From Azolla caroliniana (Eukaryota; Plantae; Polypodiophyta): DNA of 64,000 nt. A program made the position numbers and the translations under genes. The notes beneath the pieces are model-generated. The model was not told the DNA's origin, did no database searches, and was given only the letters and a program-made list of their open reading frames with translations. Every line of letters starts with the position of its first letter. Positions within the stretch are counted from its first letter, which is position 1. Below, in pieces: positions 25,999 through 36,700 of the stretch. Where the stretch lies: positions 3,906,001 through 3,970,000 of the forward strand of contig JBHGNT010000014.1 in the NCBI GenBank assembly GCA_043228905.1, read 5' to 3'.

Positions 25999-28900
25999 CC
26001 ACTTATCTCCATATCTGTCTACTGTAGAGCCTACGCTCGAACATTGGCACTGATCCAATTGTAATCACCCACAACGCCATGCGCATATATTGATTAATAG
26101 AAGCTTATCCACCTAACGCAAGTTGTTCTTAGCATATCTGTCTGCGGCTATGTCTACGCACGTTCCTCTTACACTATCTCTCTCGTTTCGCTAATCTTTT
26201 CTGTTTAAACCGCGGTCTCAGGGCTCTCGTAAACCAAAAACTCTTCGTCCTCACTTCTCGATTCCTTAGTTCAAGACCCCCGTGGTCCTGCCCAACTTCT
26301 ACGCATCTGCAAGGATTTCGTCGACAACGTACAGGAGCAATATCAGGAAATCTCCTCCATCAAATTTCTTCACAAACACACAGTGATCGGCATGCGTCTT
26401 GTGGTACCCTTGATCGGTCATGAAGGAGTCAAACTTTCGGTACCATTGCCGGGGATCTTGCTGCAGTTTGTATAAGCTCTTCTTCAGCCGACACACCAGG
26501 TGCTCCTTCCCTTTCTTCTCAAATCCTTCCGTGTAGGAATGTTGTCTTGATGTTCAGTTGCTCTACCTCGAGCTCCATGCTTGCCACTATGCCCAATACC
26601 GTCTGGATGGATGTCATCTTTACTATTGGGGCAAAGATCTCATTGAAGTCCACTCCTTTCTTCTGTTGGAAGCCCTTCACCATGATTCCAGCCTTATACC
26701 TTGGTGAATTTCCGGCGTCTCCCGGTTTCAGCTTGTACACCTACTTTTTCTGGAGTGCCCTCTTTCCTTTGGGCGACTCCACCAATTGGTAATGTGTGGT
26801 TCTCATGTAGGGAATCCATCTCATCCTACATGGCACTCAACCACCAGCTCCCCCTCATCGGTTAGTAACACATGCTCTGCATTCGGAAATCTTCGGGGGG
26901 CTCTTCTCTCCCGGAGAGGATATCTCTGTCCTTGGTTTTTGACTGCCGGTTCCTTCGTTTGTTCCTCATCTGAATCTAATTCGGGATCTTGTCCGGTTCT
27001 GGTGTCTTCTTCTTCTTCTTCGGTCGATTTGGTTTCTTGTCTGAATCCGGTCGGTTTGTCGAGTGCCATCCGGTTGTCGACTAACATCCAGTTTTCAACC
27101 GGGTACATCCTTTTGTCCTCAAGCTGGTTTTCAATGGATGATCCGGAGTTCGTTACCTTCTTCTCCAACTCCCAATCGACAATGGTCCTGTCTTCCATGA
27201 AGACTATGTCTCGACTCCGGAACACCTTTCTGTCGACGAGATCCCACACCCAGTAACTGAACTCATCATTGCCATATCCAAGGAATATGCATGGCCGGGA
27301 TTTCGGATCGAGCTGTGCTCTCTTGTCCTTCGCCACATGCACGTATGTGAGACACCCGAACACCTTCAGATGTTAGTAAGACACATCCTTACCGGTCCAT
27401 ACTTTCTGCGGTGAGTCTCCGTCCAAGGGTACTGAGCGTGATCTGTTTATCACATAGGTTGTCGTCGTCAATGCCTCAACCCAAAATGTCTTGGGTAACT
27501 TGGCATGTGTGAGCATGCTTTGGACTCTCTCTATTATGGTCCGGTTCATCCTTTCGGCCAACCCGTTTAGTTTCGGCGTCTTCGGCACAATGAATTCGAG
27601 TCAGATTCGCTTCAACCGGCAATACTCCTCGAACTGCCCCCGGTATTCTCCTCCGTTATTTTCTCAAACCGCTTTTAGCTTCTGGCTGGTTTCTCTTTCC
27701 ACTCTCATGTGGAGCTCCTTGAAGACGGATAACACTTGATCCTTAGTATTCAATGGTGAGACCCACATCTTCCGGATGTGGTATGAATGTCACAAAGTTT
27801 TGAGATCCAACATGTGACTTCATGTCAACTTGACACACATCGGTATGCACTAGCTCCAGTGGTGCATTCCATCTCATCGGTGTTCTTGACCGGAAGGAGG
27901 TGCGGTTTTGCTTGTCAGCCAGGCAGTGGGTGCACTTCTCAAGTTGCACGTCCTTCACCGGAATGAGGTTGTCTTTGGCAAGCCTCTTCATCCCCTTCTC
28001 ACTCATGTGACATAACCTTTTGTGCCACAGCTCACCAGCAGTGTCAAATGCTACGTTTACTTCTTCCCAACATATTTGGGCATTCATCAAGTACAGTGTG
28101 TTGACCTTCCGGGCTCGAGCCACTATTAAGCTCCCTTTGGAGAACTTCATGACACTGTTCCGGATGCTACCTGTGTAGCCTTCATCATCTAGCCGACCGG
28201 CTGATATCAGGTTCAGTCGAAACTCCAGAATGTGTCGGACATCCTTTAGCATCAACTTGCATCCGGTTGATGTCGTCGACAACACATCTCCTATGCCGAT
28301 AATTCAGCATGTCCCTTCATTCCACATCCAAACACAACTGTGCTCACCGGCTGTGTAGGATGAGAAGCATTTCCGGTCTGGGGTAAGGTGGAATGACGGT
28401 CCGGAATCGACAACCCACGTTGTCTCGTCGACGGCAAGGTTCAACTCACTCTCCTCAGTGATAAGCATTAGTTCTTCTTCGCTTGCCGCGATCGTCGTCG
28501 TTCCCTTTCGATCCGGGCCTCACCGATCCGATCCGTTTCGGTCTAGTGACTTCTTTGAATCGGTACTATCAGTTGCCTTGTCCTTCCGGAAATGTCGATA
28601 GTTCTTCTGGAAGTGCCCCGGCCTGCCGCAATAGAAGCAACTGGGCCTCCCCATTGACTTTGACCGTGTCCCCGACTTTTCCCAGTTCTAGGGACTCCGA
28701 TTCCTTTGTCTTCGGCGTTCCGATTCGGTAAGGAGAGCTTTGGTGTTGGAGATCACCTCCTTGTCTTTCCGACATGCCTCCTCATCTAGCAAGCTCGACT
28801 TGACCCTTGCTAGGGATAACTATTTTCCTTTCGGCCCGGTGTTGCCCAATGTGACAACTAATGTCTCCCAGCTATCTAGGAGGGAACCGAGCAGGAGTAG

Positions 28901-30002
28901 AGCAAGTACCTCATCGGCGAGAGGTACTTCCGACGAGGTTTCTTGGTGCATCTGCCCCTGGAAGACATTCATGTGCTCCACCATACTGGAGCCGTCTTGG
29001 TACCGGAGCCTCACTAGCTTCTGAAATACCGAAACCCGATTAACGACATTCTTGTTCTGGAACATGATGCCGATCTTCTCCCAGAGTTCATGAGCCTTGC
29101 TCTCTTCATTAAAGTTGTTGTACAAGCTCATGTCGATGAAGCACCGGATGTATACCGTCGTCTTCATGTGCATCACCTCCCACACCGTGGCATCGATCTT
29201 ATCCAGTCTCTTGTCCCCGAACTGAACCGGCAACCAAAGATCTTTAACCACCAACATGTCCCTCATCTTCGACTTCCACACTGAGAAGTTGGAGTTGGTG
29301 AGCTTGAACATGCCGCCGAAAGATTCTTCCATTTTCTGTGTTGTTCGCTCTGATACCAGTTTGAAGTAAAAATGCACGGAATATCGCTCGGCCACAACCG
29401 AGTAGTAAGTCACTTCTATAAGAATCAAACACAAAAATGGGAAGTGGGGAGTACACAAGAAAAATGACACTGGATGTTTACGTGGAAAACCCTAGTAGGG
29501 AAAAACCACGGGAGCCCACAGACTCCGAACTATCACTATGAAGAGAGGGGTACAATCAGAGATTCGGAGGCAACGACGTCGAGCTTTGTTTCTTCGCACA
29601 ATGGCAGTTACAACAGTGTATCACTCTGTATCTCTCTCTATCTCTCTCACTCTGTACAACAGTTACAACAATATGACAACAACACACTCATCAACAGCTA
29701 AAGTGATTGCCTTAAGTCATATTTATAGTTATATGAACTTAGGGCTATTTACAAAAATAGCCTCAATGGGCTTATTCAAGACATATTTACAAATTTGTCT
29801 TCTATTCCGTTTCTCACCGGGTCCACCGATCTGGTTTCCGGATCTCTTCTGGGTCTCACCGGATCCCATCCGGAGAGATCGATTTCCCAACATGCACATG
29901 TGTGAGGAGAATATTGGTACAAAAAGTATAAGTCCTATATTAAATGTATTTGGGAGAGGAGGATCTAGAATGTATCCCACTTAAGTACAAGGTCCTTGTT
30001 GC

Positions 30003-30268
30003 TCAAGTGTGAAGTGTCTGACATTCAATGGCGTTGACCGGCTTTCGGTGTCGGCTTCTTTTCAGCTTTGGTTCCTCCCCATCAAGCTTGTGACGAAGGC
30101 TTGTAGTGTTAAATGGTCGACGGTCAAGTGCTTGCATCTTGTCGTCCATAGGTTCCATCCCTTGGTGGTCACAAACCGCTTTTCGAAAGCTTTCGGGCTC
30201 TTGTTCGGCCATCCCCCTCATCGCAAAGGCATAGTGATGGGCCATATACTCGTTGTAGCCAAATTGAG
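30003..30268 (-). pseudogene. Copia fragment, continuation of 50511-51750 with RT deleted
   Basis: FGYNEYMAHHYAF reads on across the copy B insertion site. Confidence 0.75.
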
Positions 30269-31740
30269 TGTCATGATATGCCAAGACGCGAACATGTGAC
30301 CTTATGTTACATGGGTCGAGCTCTTACCATTAGGCTATGTATGGCAATACGAAGCTTCAGAAGTACTCCTGAGAACACTATAAAAGGAGGCACAAGGCAT
30401 TATTTCGAACCAAATCGGTTCAACGCCAGTCTTAAGCCTCCTAGCTACTATTGTATATTCCCTTAACATAATATATATATTTTGTTATCCTCATTCTCTC
30501 TCTCTCTCGATCTCTCTCTCTCACTCACTCTCTCCTTCCCTTGAGAGTTCTACACTTCCCTTAGTACTAATTCTCATCTTTTAGTACTAATTCCTTCTCT
30601 GTTTTAGTACTGTTCCTGACAATACTTCTCTCTCTTAGTACTGCTCCTAACAGTTTGAACCGATTTTGCCTCTCCTTCTTTCTCTTCCTTTATCTTCTTA
30701 CTTCTCCCTCCCTTCATAGTAATCTCTTATTCCTCTTTTCTCTCATACTATGGACAATGTTAGCGCTCAAGAATATCAATCCGTTTTCTCAGAGCTGCAA
30801 TGCTTGAAAGAGAAGTTCCTTGCTTTGGAACAAGAAAATCAACGATTGTTGGGGATCTTCAACAAATCTCCTTAGAAAACCAGCAGACACAACAACAACA
30901 TGGGGAACTAGTGGTACGCGTGCAACAACTCGAAGCAACCTTAGTAGCGATGCAACAAAAAGGACCCAGTACACAAGGGATTAATAAAGAACCCAAGATC
31001 GGCCTTCCCATGAGATTCGACGGAACGCGACCGCAGTTTAGAGGATTCCTTAATCAGGTATGATTAGTCATTCAAATGCATCCTTCTTGATATCCCACCG
31101 ATGCATCATGAGTGGGACTAGTAGGCACTCTACTTAGTGGCACGACTTTGGCATGGTTCGCCCCCCTGTTAGAAAAAAACTCTCCCTTGTTAAATAATTT
31201 TGAAGAGTTTATTACCAAGTTTAAAGCCTGTTTTGGAGATACTAATAGTGTTAAAGAACAACAATCAACAAAATCCGAAGATTGTATTGTCGTGAAGATG
31301 CGCGTGCGTGCATTGTTTGCGTGAACAAGACCACTAGGATCTTGGACCAGGGAGTTATTGAGAAGAGGACGATGTGAATGTAAGATTTGGGGAAACAATG
31401 AGCACTTCACTTGAGAAGATTGGAAATTTTTACACTCGAGAAAAAGATAGACAAGAATAATAATAAGAAGATTATTATATTGACGGTGATAGTGATGATG
31501 ATAATATCACATATTGAGCCCCCCCTTTACACAAGCCTTACTAGGGTTTTTAGAGGTCTATCCATGGTTCTAACATGCACAAAACCATGGGCTTGGACCC
31601 ATGGTTTTTGGGCACACGGTTTTTCTTGTGGCATGCACAAAACCATGGGCTTGGAACATGGTTTTGTGCACACGGTTTTGTACGGTTTTTTTTCTTTGCC
31701 TTTTGAATATGAAAAGAAATACATTTAAAGGACTTGGTAG

Positions 31741-31794
31741 TAGCCCTAATGGTAAGATAAATGTTTCCTATCTTGGAGGTGCAAGGTTCAAATC
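31741..31794 (+). promoter_or_regulatory. tRNA-like A/B-box module in the LTR, antisense to the element (second copy at 45737-45790)
   Basis: TAGCCCTAATGG and GGTTCAAATC, starts 44 nt apart. Confidence 0.62.
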
Positions 31795-33777
31795 TTGTTT
31801 GCACCCCTCTATATGCACTCAAATGCCACTAGACCTTAGGATAATTTTCATATTTATAATCGTTTGTGTAATGTGCGTGGAACTACACTATTTCACAATT
31901 TCTCCCATTGGACACGCCACATCACGACATCCACCCCCACCAAGCCGCACATCCTCCAACATGTGCCAAGAAGAAAAGAGTGAGGTGGTGGACTCAAAGA
32001 TGGTTGGCCTTTGATTTCTTTCTTTCTTACGCTTCGCCTGCAACAACCTTTGTCCTCCATTTAGAGCACATGCATTCCTTCCACCCAAACCATCGTCGCC
32101 ACCCGATCAACCATATCATTCGCTCACCCTTCACATTGCCATGACCAGTGGGCATAGCCCTTTTGCTCCACTTGAGCATAACCCTACATGTGTCGCCTTC
32201 ATCCCAACCATCTCCTTGGTCATCGAACTTCCTCCAATCGTCCTTTCTCGTCTCATGCTTGCGTTTCCTCATGCTCAGCAACCTCGACTGGGTTTCACGG
32301 CTCCTTTGCTTCGACCTCCGGCTTCGCCAGCTCAACTTTTGTCTAGATCGGTCTTGACCAATCAACTTCGGGCTTGGTAGGTCTTCTTCCGGATTCGCAT
32401 TCAGCCAAATCGGACTCAGATGATCGGCTTCCCTACGGGTCAACGTCGGTCTGGGTTTCGGTTGGGTCGGGCCCAGTTGATCAGCTCCCATCCGGGTCGG
32501 AATACCAACCGCAACATCTTCCATCCAGATTGTCTTCCAGTTATTCCTTTCTTGCCTCCCCCTGGCTTTTCATCAAACTCTATTGTAGCTTTGTTCTTGG
32601 TCTCCTTGTTGGCCATCATTCCTCTGTATGTGATGGCTTCAACCCTCATCTCCTCACCGCCACCTTCCATCTCTCTGGTCTTATGTTGGCTCTCGTGCAC
32701 AATTGCCGAAGTCTCCGGAACCGGTGTGGAGGGATCCCTTAGTCTGTGGTCATCACCCTCATCGTCGTTTCAGTCCTTCAATTTCTTGCCGTCACCTTCC
32801 GTCTCTCTCGGGCACAATTGCCAAAGTTTTAGGAACAATTGTCGGAAGAACCTTGGCACCATTGGTCACCGTCGACTCATTCATAGTTATCTTTCCCTTA
32901 TTGTTATTATTCACATTGGCTTCAATCTTTGCTTCCTCACCACTTTCCGTCTCTTGGGTCTCATGTTGGCTCTGGGACGCAACTGCCAAAGTCTCTAGAT
33001 CAAGTGTTGGGAAAGTTTCGACACGGTCATCCGCCGTGGACTCGTCCATAGCCATCTCCGACTCGATGTCGTTCCTCATGGCTACCGCCTTAATCACGTC
33101 GACCTCGCACTCTTTATCTCCCTCGATCACACAAGCTTTGCTCACTCTTGCACCTTGATCACTTGATATTTCAGACACAATGTGTGTTCCGAAATGCTTG
33201 TCCACTCTTAGAGCGGCATTTCCCGCTCTCGAGTCTTCGGCCTTATCCTTGACCCTTGTTTCTCTGCAATATGAGAAGGTGAATTGTTTTGCACCTTTTC
33301 TCTTGGTATTGTAATAAAAAACTTGAGCCTTTGTATCAGCCATTTCATTAACCCATATTTGTTGGGAGGTCTCTTTTTCCTCAATCACCGTTCTCCTTGG
33401 TTTTCGCTCCATTTAAAGCTCCTCTTAAGCATCACCTTGCACCATTAAGTTCTTGAATGTTTCTCTCATTAAGGCTTCTATGTTGAGTATCCAATCTTCC
33501 CTCTTCGAGTTTTCTTCCTTCGGTGGTGGTGTATTGCATCCCATTCTCCTTTGAACATCCCTCATGGGTCGTGTTGTTGTCGACGAGAATCTCGTCTTCC
33601 TCTTGTCGTGTTGTGGACATACCCTTTCCACTTTGACCCAATCCTCGATGAGGCCATTTGCACCATCGTCATCCTCGAGTTGGATTCCAATGGCCTTCCT
33701 TTCATTCTGATTGATTGACTTTACAAATAGTAGAACTTTATTCACCCCTACCAATCTTCGATCCTGCTCTAAGAGTT

Positions 33778-36700
33778 TGTTGGGATTTCGGTCCCTTTCG
33801 GATGGGATGGTTGGATATCGGAGATGAATGCCGACAAGCCCGGTTTCGGTTTCGGATCCGGATGACGAAGACCCCGGCTTCGGTGCCGGATGACGAATGT
33901 ACCCGGAGAGCGATCCGGATGCAGGGACATATCCGTGAATATGTTCGCTACGAGCCCCCTGAGGCTACAGTTGTAAATAGCCCAAAGTCATATAAGTATA
34001 AATATGACTTAGGGCAAACAGTTTTGTAGTTGCTTCTCATTTTTCTGTTTTTCCATTTTAGAGGAGTGAAGAGAGAGCAGCCGTGAGAGAGCGCGAGAGA
34101 GAAAGAGGTAGACGCCTCTGTGTATTTCCGCCGCCTGTGGCGAGGACAGCGAGCTCAAGGTCGTCGCCTTGGAGCTCGTCATTGTATACTTCTCTGTATA
34201 GTGTTGTTTGGAGTCTTGTACTCCCGTGGTTTTTTCCCCGCTTAGGGTTTTCCACGTTAATCCTTGTGTACTCGCGTTTCTTCGTTTTGTTTCTACGTGT
34301 GTTTCCTATTTTCTGCTCCATTGATCCGCGATTAATCGGTTGTGGCCGAGATAAGAAGGTGGATAGAAGGCACTATTACTTACAATCTGGTATCAGAGCG
34401 ACTGTTGCAGAAAATGGAAGGCGGCGGCAGCGGGCAGCCGGGGATGATGGTGCTGAACGCGCAGAATTACGCCGATTGGAAGATCAAGATGGAGGACCTT
34501 CTGATCGTTCGGGACCTGTATGAACCGATTGACAGGTCGGAAATACCGAAAGGGGTACTTGAGTCGGAGTGGAAGCTCCTGAACCGGAAAGCCGTAGCGA
34601 CGATCCGACAATATGTCGATGTAAGCGTCCTACAACATGTGGCGAACGACACCAACGCATACGAGATGTGGAAGAAGCTGTCTGGCCTCTATGAGAGGAA
34701 GAATGCGTTGAACCGGACCTCCCTGATGAGGAAGATTGTGAATCTCAAGTATCGGGACGGCGAGAGTATGGTGGAACACGTAAGCACGTTCATGGGATTC
34801 GTGAACCAGCTTGCGGCGATCAAGTTCCCGTTGGAGGATGCAATGCAAGCCATCATCCTGATGTGTACATTGCCGGAAAGCTGGGAGAACTTGGTGGTGA
34901 CTCTCAGCACCTCGTGCACCGAAGATAACTTGTCCTTACAAACTGTAAAGACAAGTATTCTGAATGAAGAAGCGCGTCGGAGAGATAAGGAACCGGCCTC
35001 CGACCCGAAGATGCTGTTTACCGAATCGGATCGGGGAAGACAATGGAACCGGAGTCCGCAAAGACGGGAGAAGTCGGGGACCCGGTCGCAGTCAAGAGGA
35101 AGGCCCACATGCTTCCACTGTGGGAAGCCGGGGCACTTCCGAAAGAATTGTCGGCATTACCGAAAAGACAACGGAGCCGACGACACCGACTCGAAGAAGT
35201 CACCGGAAAGAAACGGTGCATACCGGGGAGCCACGGACCGGAGAGGTTCGGATCGGCGAGGGCAAGACCGGAAAGGAACAACGGCACTCGCGGCAAGTGA
35301 GGAAGAAATCATGCTCATCACCGAAGAAGGTGAGCTAAACGTTGCCGGCGATGAGACGACCTGGGTGGTCGATTCCGGAGCATCGTTCCACCTGACCCCG
35401 GAGAGAAGATACTTCTCATCCTACACAGCCGGCGAGCATGGCTGTGTTCGGATGGGAAATGAAGGTACGTGCCGGATTGCCGGCATAGGAGACGTGTGGT
35501 TGACAACCCCGACCGGATGCAAAATGCTGCTAAAAGATGTCCGACACGTTCTGGAGGTCCGACTGAACCTGATTTCGGCCGGGAGGCTAGATGATGAAGG
35601 CTACACGGGTAGCATCCGGAACGGTGTCATGAAGTTCAGCAAGGGGAGCTTGATAGTGGTTCGGGCCCGGAAGGTCAACACACTGTACCTGATGAATGCC
35701 CGGTTATGTCCGGAAGAGCTGAATGTGGCAGCCGACACTGCCGGTGAGCTGTGGCACAAAAGACTGTGCCACATGAGTGAGAAGGGGATGAAGAGGCTTG
35801 CAGAAGACAACCTCATCCCAGTGAAGCACGTGCACCTGGAGAAGTGCACTGATTGCCTGGCCGGTAAGCAGAACCGAACCTCCTTCCACTCAAGGCCACC
35901 GACGAGACGTAGCGCACCATTGGAGTTGGTGCACACCGATGTGTGTCAGGTAGAGACGAAGTCACATGGCGGAGCCCAGTACTTCGTAACATTCATCGAT
36001 GATCATAGCCGAAAACTGTGGACGGCACCGATGAAGACAAAGGACCAAGTGTTGTCCGTCTTCAAAGAACTCCATGCGAGAGTGGAAAGAGAATCCGGCA
36101 AGGAGCTGAAAGCGATACGAGCGGATAACGGAGGGGAATACCGAGGGCAGTTCCAGGAGTACTGTCGCTCGAAGGGAATCCGACTCGAGTTTACTGTGCC
36201 GAAGACGCCGGAACTGAACGGGCTGGCCGAGAGGATGAACCGGACCATAATGGAGCGGGTCCGGAGTATGCTGGCGCATGCGAAATTACCCAAGGGGTTT
36301 TGGGCTGAGGCAATGTCGACGGCGACATACGTGATAAACAGATCACCCTCAGTACCTTTGGACGGAGACACGCCGCAGAAAGTGTGGACTGGTAAGGAAG
36401 TGTCCTACCGGCATCTGAAGGTGTTCGGGTGTCTCGCATACGTGCATGTGGCAAAGGACCGGAGAGGAAAGCTAGATCCGAAGACCCGGCCATGCATATT
36501 CCTCGGTTACGGCGACGACGAGTTCGGCTACCGAGTATGGGACCCGGTCGACAAGAGGATATTCCGGAGTCGTGATATCATCTTCATGGAGAACAAGACA
36601 CTCGCCGACTGGGAGTCGGAGAAGAAGATGAAGAGCTCCAAGTCGACCGGTGAGGATCAACTCTACGGGGAGCAGTCCCGACCGGCAAGGGACCGGTTAG

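Larger units (their letters stand above)
20495..26326 (+). mobile_element. tRNA-Trp-primed Ty3/gypsy element (5' LTR 20495-21156); the integrase end and first part of the 3' LTR are deleted
   Basis: 4-bp TSD ACGT. Gag, protease, RT (FLDDIPIKG), RNase H and zinc-finger integrase remnants. The 3' LTR remnant runs from about 25998 to 26326. Confidence 0.9.
18952..29892 (-). mobile_element. Full-length degenerate Tnt1-like copia element (LTRs 29362-29892 and 18952-19507), interrupted by a gypsy element
   Basis: Met PBS near 29347-29358, PPT at 19508-19517, TSD TGCAC (18247-51, 29893-97). Its pol is closely related to 34414-38490. Confidence 0.93.

Noticed and set aside
33773-33777. TSD GAGTT equals the five bases before the 3' LTR
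   Set aside because: A single 5-nt match. The TSD is present on both sides and related insertions have other TSDs, so it is treated as chance.
34342-34413. ORF-track start of the 1382-aa protein
   Set aside because: It is a GTG inside the LTR, upstream of the PBS. The ATG at 34414 is more plausible.
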